Source: Candidatus Hydrothermarchaeum profundi (GTDB lineage Archaea > Hydrothermarchaeota > Hydrothermarchaeia > Hydrothermarchaeales > Hydrothermarchaeaceae). Taken from it: DNA of 64,000 nt. A program made the translations under genes and the position numbers. The stretch is from the NCBI GenBank assembly GCA_002011125.2, contig MTMF02000009.1:1512989-1576988 (forward strand). The letters are read 5' to 3'. Shown piece after piece: positions 28,180 through 37,950 of the stretch (within the stretch, counting starts at the first letter, position 1; the number at the start of each line of letters is the position of its first letter). Under the pieces are notes generated by a model. The model was not told where the DNA came from. It did not search any database and worked only from the letters and a program-made list of their open reading frames with translations.

Positions 28180-30005
28180 TATTTCCACACATATACTTTT
28201 ATCTTACCTGTCTCTATACCTGTTAAGAAATCTGTTCTAGGCGTGCCTGATTGTATAAATACTCCTGTCCTTCTGTTATTTCTTCTAAACATCGGCCAAT
28301 CTGAACCACTGCCCATGGTATTAAATACGTAGAGGTAGTTGTCATTTGAGCCTACTGCTATGTCTAGTATGCCATCACCATCTAAGTCTGCTACCGCTGG
28401 AGAAGAGATAATTTGGCCTCCAGTAGCGTATCTCCATCTCAAGGTGCCATCATGATTGAGGATATATAGATAGTGGTCATTTGACCCTATAATTACTTCT
28501 AACTTACAGTCTCCATCTACATCGGCAATAGCAGGGGAAGACCTAACATCTCCTCCGGTTTCATAGCTCCATAGAAGGGAACCGTCCTCGCTGTTAACTG
28601 CGTAAATCTTATCATCATCTGACCCGAATATTACTTCCTTTTTTCCATCTTCATCTATATCTGCAAGCGCTGGTGAACTCCGTATCCTATCGCCCGCTGT
28701 GAAGTTCCATAACGAGCTACCGTCATCTCCATTTAATGCATAAAGAACATCGTTATCAGAGCCCACTATGACCTCTTTTATGCCATCGTCATCTACATCA
28801 TAGACTGCCGCTGAAGAGATTACGTCACTTGGAGTAGGTAAGGCAAAGCTCCAAATAGAAATAGGCGGCCAGCCATTGGTGAAGCCTTCAATATAGTCAT
28901 CAAAGGATCCCTCTCTCTCCCCTCCTACGATGATATCATAGTCACCATCATTACTTACATCTTCTAGTACTGGAGTTGCCACGATTTTTCGCTTCCACTG
29001 CGAATAGTTTTGCCCTGTCGTATTCAAAATAACTAACTTATCATCTTGTTCATAGGGTATGCTTGTATCCCCCGCCCCAATAACAATCCAAGTTTCTCCC
29101 CCTACATCGCCTACCGCTGGAGAAGAAAAGATAGGACTTCCAATCTCATAGCTCCATGCTAAGGAGCCGTCGTGATTGATTGAGTAGACATCTTCGTCGG
29201 TTGATCCTACAATAATTTCGTAAAATCCATCATCATCTAGGTCTGCATATGCAGGTGAAGATGAAGGGTAGTTATTCCCGCTGAACTCTACAGAGTAACC
29301 TTTATCTGAGGTGCTCCAGTTTTTTGTTCCGTCACTATTTAAGGCATATACATTGTTGTCATGAGATCCAAATACCACTTTATTTCCGTCACCGTATAAA
29401 TCAACGATCAAAGGAGATGACATTACACGTCCTCCTGTTTGATACTTCCATTTTAATCCAAAGCTGACATTGAGGAGACCAATTACCCTTTCCGCCACAT
29501 CTAGCCGTGTAGCTGAGGAGATATTAGAAGAAATGCTTGCACTATCATTAGTAAGAACAAGCTCTCCAGATTGATATACCCCCATTATATCAAGCTTTGT
29601 GTTTCCAGAGGAGTTTATTATCTGTATCCGTAGGTTATATCCCCCTGATAGCTTTTTTATAGATTCTTTTAGCTGAGAGCTACTAATATTACTTGAAATT
29701 GCTTCTAACTTTGCTGGATCGAGAATGTGGTTGAGAGTCGCATTTACATATTCACATGTGTCCATTTTAGATGCAAATCCTAATACCTCCACAGAGGTAC
29801 TATCCCATATCTCTGGCTTTCCAGGAGTTTTTATTAGAATATCAGCAATATCAGATGCGGTTCTATGACTTGAGAATATTAAAACATAATCTTGAACTTG
29901 AGTAGCTACACCTGACATAGCATTGGCTGACATGCCGAGAATTATCGTTATAGGGACTAAAGCTAAAAGAAGATCTAAAGTAAAGAGCTGGGCTCTATTG
30001 CTCAT
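28179..30005 (-). CDS. Type IV pilin-like protein with inserted FG-GAP/PQQ-type repeats
   Basis: MSNRA/QLFTLDLLLAL; DILIKTPGxPxxW; repeats SSPAxADxDxDGxxEVIxGS. Confidence 0.75.
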   Translation of the reverse strand: MSNRAQLFTLDLLLALVPITIILGMSANAMSGVATQVQDYVLIFSSHRTASDIADILIKTPGKPEIWDSTSVEVLGFASKMDTCEYVNATLNHILDPAKLEAISSNISSSQLKESIKKLSGGYNLRIQIINSSGNTKLDIMGVYQSGELVLTNDSASISSNISSATRLDVAERVIGLLNVSFGLKWKYQTGGRVMSSPLIVDLYGDGNKVVFGSHDNNVYALNSDGTKNWSTSDKGYSVEFSGNNYPSSSPAYADLDDDGFYEIIVGSTDEDVYSINHDGSLAWSYEIGSPIFSSPAVGDVGGETWIVIGAGDTSIPYEQDDKLVILNTTGQNYSQWKRKIVATPVLEDVSNDGDYDIIVGGEREGSFDDYIEGFTNGWPPISIWSFALPTPSDVISSAAVYDVDDDGIKEVIVGSDNDVLYALNGDDGSSLWNFTAGDRIRSSPALADIDEDGKKEVIFGSDDDKIYAVNSEDGSLLWSYETGGDVRSSPAIADVDGDCKLEVIIGSNDHYLYILNHDGTLRWRYATGGQIISSPAVADLDGDGILDIAVGSNDNYLYVFNTMGSGSDWPMFRRNNRRTGVFIQSGTPRTDFLTGIETGKIKVYVWK

Positions 30006-30156
30006 AATACCACTAATATAGAGACTAAACTATAAATGTGTCGTAAATAAATTACATATCTATATATACGCAGGGAATATAAAAGGTTCCGGTCATATTT
30101 TGCTCTGCTATTTTAGGCAATATGGTTTATATACGCTCTACCGCTATTCAGTAAGC

Positions 30157-30768
30157 ATGATAGCTGGAAGCGATGAAGCAGGGAAAGGAGACTATTTTGG
30201 TTATATCGTCGTTGCATGCGTTTGCTGTAAGGAATCTATACTCAAGGAAATGAGTATAAGAGACTCTAAATCGTTGAGTGAGAAACAAATTTTTCGTTTT
30301 GAAAAAAAAATTAAGGAGAAATGTGTTTGGAAAGTATTTTCCCTTTCGCCAAGGAGATATAATCAGCTTCATAAGGATACGGGAGGAAAATATAACTTGA
30401 ATCAAGTATTAGGATGGCTTCACGCTAAAGCTATTGAGGAGATTACTAAGAACTGCAGTCCTAAGCGGATAATTGTAGATAAGTTTGGTAAAGAGGATAA
30501 TGTACTACGTAACCTGAGAAAGAATATTAAAAAAAATATATATTTTTTAACTCGGGGAGAAGAAGATGCTGCTGTGGCCGCTGCCTCGATTTTAGCAAGA
30601 GCTGAGTTTCTCCGTAAACATAGGTACTTATCGAGAAAATATGGGATTGAGTTTCCCCTTGGCTCTGCTCATGTAAAAGAGGCAGCCTACAGGTTTATAG
30701 AATTATATGGGAAAGAGAGGTTGGTCGAAGTAGCGAAAGTCCATTTTAAGATTACGAGAGAGCTGTAG
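30157..30768 (+). CDS. rnhC: Ribonuclease HIII (catalytic domain only)
   Basis: GSDEAGKGDYFG, IRDSK, VDKF, AVAAASILAR, VAKVHFK; ATG 30157 lies about 24 bp after TTTATATA. Confidence 0.8.
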   Translation: MIAGSDEAGKGDYFGYIVVACVCCKESILKEMSIRDSKSLSEKQIFRFEKKIKEKCVWKVFSLSPRRYNQLHKDTGGKYNLNQVLGWLHAKAIEEITKNCSPKRIIVDKFGKEDNVLRNLRKNIKKNIYFLTRGEEDAAVAAASILARAEFLRKHRYLSRKYGIEFPLGSAHVKEAAYRFIELYGKERLVEVAKVHFKITREL

Positions 30769-30806
30769 AAAAGTTTATTTAAAAAAGCTTGCATACATTC
30801 ACCTAT

Positions 30807-31385
30807 ATGAAGGTTATTAGCAAGTCACACAGTAGCGGTGATGTTAGTAAGGCTCTAGACGATACTATACATGACATTAATGAGGAATTGAAGAAAGTGG
30901 ATGGACTGATTACAAAACTTGACTGCGAGATATCCGCTGGCCCTTCTGGTGCCTGTGTTGTTATTACTGCCGTGGTTAATGGGAACCAGCCAAGGCACAA
31001 AGAAATAGTAGGCGTGAATGTAAGAGGAGTAAGTAGAGACCATTCAATAAAGAAAGCATCTGATAGGCTCAATCAGTTACTAGGAGATAGAAATGGAGAA
31101 ATAGTCGATATTTTTTCGAAAACTATTGTCACACCACTTCCAGGAAGGGTTTACACTACGATGGTGGCTGCTGTTAATGAAGAAGTAATGGAAGAAGTTG
31201 GTGATGCAAATATTAGAAGACAAAGATTAAAGAAGACTTTAGAGTTGCTTAATAATGACCCATCCGCTATAAATATTGCGAAGGTAGCTGAAGTTTTTGG
31301 TGTATCTAGAAGCATGATATATAGGGATCTTGAGATACTCGGTTTTCAAAGAGTTTCAGAAGGGGCTCCCGTGCTTAAAAAGTAG
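30807..31385 (+). CDS. Putative transcription regulator: duplicated small alpha/beta domain plus C-terminal HTH
   Basis: C-terminal INIAKVAEVFGVSRSMIYRDLE HTH; two similar N-terminal units. Confidence 0.65.
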   Translation: MKVISKSHSSGDVSKALDDTIHDINEELKKVDGLITKLDCEISAGPSGACVVITAVVNGNQPRHKEIVGVNVRGVSRDHSIKKASDRLNQLLGDRNGEIVDIFSKTIVTPLPGRVYTTMVAAVNEEVMEEVGDANIRRQRLKKTLELLNNDPSAINIAKVAEVFGVSRSMIYRDLEILGFQRVSEGAPVLKK

Positions 31386-31401
31386 CTGAGATGTGCATTA
31401 G

Positions 31402-31944
31402 ATGATAATTCTTTTAACCGGAACCCCTGGAACGGGTAAGACTACAGTTTCAAGGTTATTTTCTAAAAAATATGGTTTCCGGAAGATTAGCATTAATGAT
31501 ATTGCTACCTCGGAGGTCTGTGAAGGCGTAGAAAAGGGAAGCAGACTAGTTAATATTGAAAAGTTATCTGATAAAATCTCTCAAATAGTCTCAGGAGATG
31601 CAATAATTGAGGGGCATTTATCTCATTATTTACCTTATGGGGATATTGTAATAGTTTTAAGGACAAGACCAGATGTGCTTGAGAAAAGGCTGATTAAGAA
31701 GGGATTTGATAAGGATAAAATCGCTGAAAATCTTGAGGCTGAGGCTCTCGATGTATGTCTAATAGAGAGTATTGAGAGGCATAGAAAAGTTTATGAGATA
31801 GATACTACAAAAAAAAAGGTTCCAGATGTCGTAGCTGACATGAAGAAGATATTGGAGGGAAGATGGGAGGAATTTGTTCCGGGGAAAATTGACTGGAGTG
31901 AAAATTTTTTCGACGTTAAACGTAATAAAAAAAAGGTGATGTAA
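31402..31944 (+). CDS. AK6/hCINAP-type adenylate kinase
   Basis: TGTPGTGKTT, IEGHLSH, RLxxKG...KIAENLEAE, EIDTT. Confidence 0.9.
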   Translation: MIILLTGTPGTGKTTVSRLFSKKYGFRKISINDIATSEVCEGVEKGSRLVNIEKLSDKISQIVSGDAIIEGHLSHYLPYGDIVIVLRTRPDVLEKRLIKKGFDKDKIAENLEAEALDVCLIESIERHRKVYEIDTTKKKVPDVVADMKKILEGRWEEFVPGKIDWSENFFDVKRNKKKVM

Positions 31945-31945
31945 T

Positions 31946-32896
31946 ATGATGTTGCAATTGAGGATGTATCTGTTGCTTGGTATAATGTTCGCTATAGTAT
32001 ATGCGCTGATAGTGGTTATTCTGCCGCCGGCAGACTTTTTGACGTATGGTATCCTTGCCTCTGGGATGATGTTTATCCAGTACATGATAGGACCAAAGAT
32101 GGTAGAGTTATCGATGAGAGTTAAATATGTCTCAGAGGAAGAAGCTCCCGAGTTGCATCAGATGGTTGAAGAGCTTGCTAGGGCCGCAAATATACCTAAA
32201 CCTAAAGTTGGAATTTCGCCAGTCCAACTTCCTAATGCTTTTGCTTTTGGAAGATCAATAAGTGATGGCCGTGTCTGCGTAACTGAGGGTATCTTAGGTC
32301 TATTAAGTAAAGATGAGCTTAGGGCGGTTCTCGGACACGAAATATCCCACTTAAAGAATAGGGACGTGACTATTATAACAATGCTTAGTGTGATCCCAAC
32401 TATTTGCTGGTATATCGCATGGAGCACAATGTGGGGCGGCTATGGTAGGGATCGCAGGGGAAGTCAGGCGTATATTGGAATCGTGGCATTTATCCTCTAC
32501 TTTTTAACCAATCTTCTTGTGCTTTATGGGTCTAGGATAAGGGAGTACTTCGCAGATAGAGGAAGTGTCATGCTTGGTAATCCTCCTCATCATTTAGCTA
32601 CAGCACTCTATAAGCTCGTATATGGGAGTGCCAAGACTCCGAGAGAGTCTCTTAAACAGATGGAGGGATACAAAGCCTTTTTCCTTAATGATCCTTCTAG
32701 AGCTAGACAGGAGATAGCGGAGCTTAGCCAGCTTGACCTGGATCTTAGTGGAACTATAGACAAAGATGAGCTTGAGATGATAAGAAGAGGAAGGATCTCA
32801 CTTAGTACGACGGATAGGCTTATAGAATTATTAAGTACACATCCCAATATGCTTAAGAGGATAAAATATCTGTCAGAGCTGCAAAGCACCTCTTAA
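31946..32896 (+). CDS. htpX: Zinc metalloprotease HtpX (M48)
   Basis: PNAFAFG, GHEISH (HExxH), SRIREYFAD, STHP. Confidence 0.93.
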   Translation: MMLQLRMYLLLGIMFAIVYALIVVILPPADFLTYGILASGMMFIQYMIGPKMVELSMRVKYVSEEEAPELHQMVEELARAANIPKPKVGISPVQLPNAFAFGRSISDGRVCVTEGILGLLSKDELRAVLGHEISHLKNRDVTIITMLSVIPTICWYIAWSTMWGGYGRDRRGSQAYIGIVAFILYFLTNLLVLYGSRIREYFADRGSVMLGNPPHHLATALYKLVYGSAKTPRESLKQMEGYKAFFLNDPSRARQEIAELSQLDLDLSGTIDKDELEMIRRGRISLSTTDRLIELLSTHPNMLKRIKYLSELQSTS

Positions 32897-32936
32897 AGCG
32901 CATCTGTTAAATAGGATAACCTTCTTCTCGTGGAAT

Positions 32937-34217
32937 ATGGATGCCGTAGTTAGAAGAGTACAGAAGATACGAGGTAGTATAGTTGCTCCTCCCTCAAAAA
33001 GCTATACCCACAGAGCCTTTGTAGTAGCTTCTTTGGCGGAGGGTACTTCAGTTGTAAGGAATCCCTTACTGTCAGGAGATACCCTTTCAACTTTAAATGC
33101 AATTCAAGCCTTTGGGATTAGAGTTGAAGTGGAAAAGGATATAGTGATACATGGGAGAGGAGGGGATCTCGAGACTCCAACTTCCCCGATAGATTGTGAG
33201 AACTCTGGTACTACGATTAGACTAATAGCGGGAGTTGCATCACTTGATGCAAGAGTAACACTAACAGGCGATGAATCTGTCCAAAAAAGGCCTATGCAAC
33301 CTCTTTTAGATGCTTTAAAGCAGTTAGGTGTTTACGCCTATTCTGTTAAAAATGATGGAACTCCTCCTGTGGTTATTGAGGGGGGCAGTATTAAAGGCGG
33401 CTTAGTTAGAATTAGAGGAGATATAAGTTCACAGTTTATCTCCTCTTTACTTATTATATCACCATACGCAGAGAATGACGTTATACTGGAGATAACCACT
33501 CCTTTGAAGTCTCGCCCTTACGTTGATATTACCCTAGACGTTATGGAAAAATTTGGTGTCTTAGTTGAACAAAGAGAGAATAGATACTATATTCGCTCGG
33601 GTAAGAGGTATTCTCCTACGGAATATCATATTGAAGGAGATTACTCCTCTGCGGCATATTTTCTAGCATTAGCAGCTATGAGTAGCTCGGAAATTATAGC
33701 GAGGAACTTACGAAGGGAGTCAAAGCAAGGTGACAAAGTGATAGTTGATATACTCGCTAAGATGGGTGCTGAAGTTAGATGGGTTGAGGATGGGGTTCTA
33801 GTAAAAGGCGGTAAACTTAAAGCTATTAATATCGACCTAGGTGATACACCAGATCTCCTTCCTACTGTGACAGCATTGGCATGTTTGGCTGAAGGTACGA
33901 CCATAATTCGAAATGTAGAACATGCAAGATATAAAGAGACCGATAGGATTTCCGCATGTGCCAAGGAGTTTAGGAAATTTGGAGTGAGAATTGAAGAGAA
34001 AGAAGATGGACTTGTTATACATGGTAAAGAATCGCTTGCTGGTGCTATTGTTAAGTCATACGGGGATCATAGAATGGCTATGGCTTTAGCTATAGCTGGC
34101 TTATCTGCTGAGGGTAAAACTATTGTTAAAGACATAGATTGCGTAAGAATATCTTTTCCAGCGTTCTTTAATATGGTGAGAGACCTCGCCCCTTGGGGAA
34201 GTAGCTTAATTCGCTAA
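32937..34217 (+). CDS. aroA: 3-phosphoshikimate 1-carboxyvinyltransferase
   Basis: PPSKSYTHR, ENSGTTIR, SSQFISS, KETDRI, DHRMAM. Confidence 0.96.
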   Translation: MDAVVRRVQKIRGSIVAPPSKSYTHRAFVVASLAEGTSVVRNPLLSGDTLSTLNAIQAFGIRVEVEKDIVIHGRGGDLETPTSPIDCENSGTTIRLIAGVASLDARVTLTGDESVQKRPMQPLLDALKQLGVYAYSVKNDGTPPVVIEGGSIKGGLVRIRGDISSQFISSLLIISPYAENDVILEITTPLKSRPYVDITLDVMEKFGVLVEQRENRYYIRSGKRYSPTEYHIEGDYSSAAYFLALAAMSSSEIIARNLRRESKQGDKVIVDILAKMGAEVRWVEDGVLVKGGKLKAINIDLGDTPDLLPTVTALACLAEGTTIIRNVEHARYKETDRISACAKEFRKFGVRIEEKEDGLVIHGKESLAGAIVKSYGDHRMAMALAIAGLSAEGKTIVKDIDCVRISFPAFFNMVRDLAPWGSSLIR

Positions 34218-34473
34218 GGCTTGTTGGCTATTTTACTGGTTTTTAGACTTCTTTTTGTCCTTAATTCTTATTGTTAAACTAGAAAAAATAATTTTTACAA
34301 GGAAAAGATTAAAGTATGATAACCTTATTATTAATAAGAAATTTTCAAAAACTTAAATGGGGAATTGAGGGCGTCGGCATGGACGAAGTAGCTATCATAT
34401 ATTACACTATGATGATAACAAATGATGTTATTGGATGCAACTTTTTAGAAAATACTTGGGGGAGGTGCAAAAT

Positions 34474-35439
34474 ATGGTTATGGGATCATTATTCAAAAAA
34501 TTATCGGACAGTAAAAGAGTTATCGAGGAGAAGGGGGATTACACTAAAGTAATATTCGAAGGTCTAGAAGACCCTATTTTGCTAATCAATAAACGGTTTG
34601 AGATCGCAGGTGCGAATGAAGCGGCAGCTAGGTTCGCAGGCTGTCCTAAGAAAGAACTCATAGGAAAAAAATGTTATAAGAAGATACATCTTCAAAATTC
34701 GCCCTGCAGGTTTCCAACAGTATGCCCTGTTCGTAAAGTGATGAAAAAAAAGGAGAGTGTCCAGTTGTCACATACTCATTATGACGGTGAAGGTAACCCT
34801 CACTTGGTTGAGGTTCTAGCTCTACCCCTTAAAGATTCTTACGGTAGATGCACACTGGTAGTAGAAATATGCAGAGATATTACAGAGAAAGTTAAGCTCT
34901 ATGAGAATCTTCAGGCTAGTGAGGAGAGATTTCGTTCTATAGTCCATGATGTACTGGATAGTTCGGAGGTAGGAGTCTTCATCTTAGATAAGGATTTTCG
35001 AGTAGTTTGGATAAATACAGCTCTAGAACGCTATTTTGGTCTAAAAAGAGAAGACGTTATTGGAAAGGATAAAAGACAGCTCTTGCGAGAAAAAATAAAG
35101 AAGATTTTTGAGGATCCTGACGGATTCGAAAAAAGAGTTCTCGCTACTTATGAGGATAACACCTATATCGAGGATTTCGTATGTCATGTTCTACCAGAGG
35201 GCAATAGAGAGGAACGTTGGCTTAGACATTGGAGTCGACCCATAAAGATGGGTCTCTACTCTGGGGGTAGAATTGAACACTATTATGATATAACAGAACA
35301 GTATAAACTTATGCAGAGACTTGAGAAACGTGTTACAGACCTAGAACGCTTATATAAAGCTTTTATAGGCAGGGAATTACAAATGCGGCAGCTCAAAGAA
35401 GAAATAAGAGAGTTAAAGAAAAAGCTAGGTGAGAGATAG
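34474..35439 (+). CDS. Double-PAS protein with C-terminal coiled coil and no kinase domain
   Basis: Two PAS units ending RDITE and YDITE; tail GRELQMRQLKEEI; ATG after SD GGAGGTG. Confidence 0.8.
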   Translation: MVMGSLFKKLSDSKRVIEEKGDYTKVIFEGLEDPILLINKRFEIAGANEAAARFAGCPKKELIGKKCYKKIHLQNSPCRFPTVCPVRKVMKKKESVQLSHTHYDGEGNPHLVEVLALPLKDSYGRCTLVVEICRDITEKVKLYENLQASEERFRSIVHDVLDSSEVGVFILDKDFRVVWINTALERYFGLKREDVIGKDKRQLLREKIKKIFEDPDGFEKRVLATYEDNTYIEDFVCHVLPEGNREERWLRHWSRPIKMGLYSGGRIEHYYDITEQYKLMQRLEKRVTDLERLYKAFIGRELQMRQLKEEIRELKKKLGER

Positions 35440-35500
35440 GTCTGATTAAATTCTGGAGGTAGGAAAAATCCTCGGGAAAGGTTTAAAAACTCGAGTATTT

Positions 35501-37507
35501 TTGATTTTAGTATTAGTCTCGTTTTTGCCTGTTGCTATCGGAGGAATCTATGAATATCATAGGGATAAAGAAGCTTTAGAAAATCAGATTATTAGTGATT
35601 TAATTTTAATTAGTGAAACTAAAGCGGCTCATATTTATTATTTTATTAATATGTCAAAAGAACGTGTTGAAGACTTTGGCTCAGACGTTTTTATCCGTAG
35701 CTCTCTAGAAAAAATAGTGACCCATAATTTCAAATCCAATGAAGTGATCAAAGAATTAAATTTATACTTGATAAACAATAAATTGCCTTTAGATAATTCT
35801 ATTATTGGTATCATTGTCATTAGTAGAGATGGAAAAATAGTTGCCTCGACAAGTGAAACGGAATTAGGGAGAGACGAATCTAAGGATGATTATTTTAGGG
35901 AGGGTCTAAAGGGCATCTATGTGAGCGATGCTTTCTTTTCTCGCCATATTAAAGCTATTCCAGCTATAGTAGCTTCAGCTCCACTAACAAGCACTACTAC
36001 AGAAGAAACTATAGGGGTTATTTCTAATTTTATTAGTATAGATGAACTCAACTCTATATTATCAAGTGGAATTCCCGCGAGACTAACTTTACCTGATGTC
36101 CCGCCTGATAGGAAAAAACCCTTACGCGTATACTTAGTTAATGGTTCTGGGATACTGATAGCTGGTTCTAATTTAGAGAGAGGGGCTCCTTTAGAGACAC
36201 CTGTAACCTCTGGGCCTTTCAATAAATGTGGAACTAAAAGGGTGACATCAGGTATATACAAGAACTATCTTGACGAGACTGTTTTAGGGGCTTCTGTTTG
36301 CTTGTATGATCTTGGATGGAAGTTGGTAGCAGAAATCAATAAAGAAGAAGCTTTCACACCAGTTTATGTTCTTAGGAACAGACTTATTGTGTTTTGCACA
36401 TTCTTGATAGTTTTGATTGTGGGCATTTCATGGATACTTAGTGAGAGAATTGTAACGCCTATTGAAGAACTTGCTTCTGCCGCTGACAAGGTTGCAAACG
36501 GAGATTTTAATGTGCGAGTGTCTATCTCTGGACCTACTGAAATCGGGAAACTAGCTGCCATTTTCAATGATATGGTAGAGGATTTAAGGAGCCTATATGA
36601 AGAACTGGAAGATAAAGTGAAAGAGAGGACACTAAAACTTAAAGCAGCTAATAAACAGCTTGAAGATTATTCTAGAAATCTGGAGGAGAAGGTCAAGCAA
36701 AGAACTCAAGAATTAGAAGAAAGCAGGGATGCTCTTCTAAACCTTGTTGAGGATCTAGAGGAGTCTAGAAAAGAACTGGAAAAAACTCATAGGAATTTAG
36801 AGCTAGCGCATGAAGAACTTAAAGAAATTGATAAGATAAAGTCATATATCATATCTAATGTATCTCACGAACTTCGAACTCCACTCACTATTGCGAAGAG
36901 TGCTATAGACTTAGCGATGGAGGAAGAAGACCCTGAAGCTAGAAATGAGCTATTGAAGAAGGCTGTGAAAGCCCTAGCTAGGCAAAACGATGTTATTGAG
37001 GACTTGATAACTATTAGCAGGATACAGAAAAAGGAGATTAAGCTCGATTTGAAGATAACTAATTTAGTGGATATAATAAAAAGGTGTATTAAAGATAAAG
37101 AAGAGCTGGCTTCTAAAAAGAATGTTAAAATAACATTAGAATATAAGGAGATACCTTATATAAACGCGGATGAGAAGTATCTAAGGCACGCTATTTTAGA
37201 CTTATTGGACAATGCTATAAAATTCAACCGAGACGGAGGCAAGGTCTGGATCAAGGTAGAGAGGAAGAACAGCGAGGTAGAGGTAATAATTAAAGACACA
37301 GGTATAGGGATACCAGTAGATAAACTCGAAGAGATATTTAAGCCGCTCACACAACTAGATCCTTCTACCACCCGGAAGTATGGTGGTACTGGAATGGGAT
37401 TAACAATTACAAAGCGGATAATTGAGCTTCATGGTGGAACAATAAAAGTAAAAAGCAAAATAGGGCAGGGCTCAGAGTTTTCTTTTTCTTTAAAAGCAGC
37501 TGACTAG
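35501..37507 (+). CDS. Membrane histidine kinase (Cache-HAMP-coiled coil-HisKA-HATPase)
   Basis: Two TMs, HAMP EIGKLAAIFNDM, SHELRTPL, NAIKF, GGTGMGL; true start may be slightly upstream (see findings). Confidence 0.92.
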   Translation: MILVLVSFLPVAIGGIYEYHRDKEALENQIISDLILISETKAAHIYYFINMSKERVEDFGSDVFIRSSLEKIVTHNFKSNEVIKELNLYLINNKLPLDNSIIGIIVISRDGKIVASTSETELGRDESKDDYFREGLKGIYVSDAFFSRHIKAIPAIVASAPLTSTTTEETIGVISNFISIDELNSILSSGIPARLTLPDVPPDRKKPLRVYLVNGSGILIAGSNLERGAPLETPVTSGPFNKCGTKRVTSGIYKNYLDETVLGASVCLYDLGWKLVAEINKEEAFTPVYVLRNRLIVFCTFLIVLIVGISWILSERIVTPIEELASAADKVANGDFNVRVSISGPTEIGKLAAIFNDMVEDLRSLYEELEDKVKERTLKLKAANKQLEDYSRNLEEKVKQRTQELEESRDALLNLVEDLEESRKELEKTHRNLELAHEELKEIDKIKSYIISNVSHELRTPLTIAKSAIDLAMEEEDPEARNELLKKAVKALARQNDVIEDLITISRIQKKEIKLDLKITNLVDIIKRCIKDKEELASKKNVKITLEYKEIPYINADEKYLRHAILDLLDNAIKFNRDGGKVWIKVERKNSEVEVIIKDTGIGIPVDKLEEIFKPLTQLDPSTTRKYGGTGMGLTITKRIIELHGGTIKVKSKIGQGSEFSFSLKAAD

Positions 37508-37509
37508 AG

Positions 37510-37707
37510 CTATTTTACTCTGTGCAGGATATTAATAGCTTCCTCCACCCATTGAACATGTCGTATTTCATCTTCAATGATGTATTCTATTAATCGCTTG
37601 ATTTTCTCATCCTCAAGATCCAGTAATAGATCGCCGTAAAATTCTCTAGCACTCTTCTCAATTTCAGCCAGTCTTTCGAAATGAGGTATAATACTCCTAG
37701 AAGACAT
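37510..37707 (-). CDS. Small half-ferritin/rubrerythrin-like protein
   Basis: 65 aa; AEIEKSAREFY...IIEDEIRH (E...ExxH). Confidence 0.7.
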   Translation of the reverse strand: MSSRSIIPHFERLAEIEKSAREFYGDLLLDLEDEKIKRLIEYIIEDEIRHVQWVEEAINILHRVK

Positions 37708-37936
37708 TTTTGTTCTCTCTCTCTACATATCTCACCATTTCCTCAAACATCACCTTGTGTCTTCTTGAGTCGCTCTCTATTTTATCCAGTATCCATCTTA
37801 ACCTTTCTGCATTTTCATTAGGCAGATTTAAATAACTACTCTTTTTCTTCAAAATCTCAATAATAATTTCCGTATTCTCCTCTTCGAGATGTATAGCATT
37901 CTTAAGTTTTTTGACTAATTTTTCCTTTTTAGTCAT
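37697..37936 (-). CDS. Small half-ferritin-like protein
   Basis: 79 aa; AIHLEEE...IESDSRRH helix hairpin. Confidence 0.6.
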   Translation of the reverse strand: MTKKEKLVKKLKNAIHLEEENTEIIIEILKKKSSYLNLPNENAERLRWILDKIESDSRRHKVMFEEMVRYVERENKNVF

Positions 37937-37950
37937 CCTCTCCTCTCGAT

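Noticed and set aside
34316-34552. 78-aa ORF and short hairpins upstream of the PAS gene
   Set aside because: The ORF overlaps the PAS gene out of frame and has no recognisable motif; the inverted repeats are only 4-6 bp and match no riboswitch I recognise
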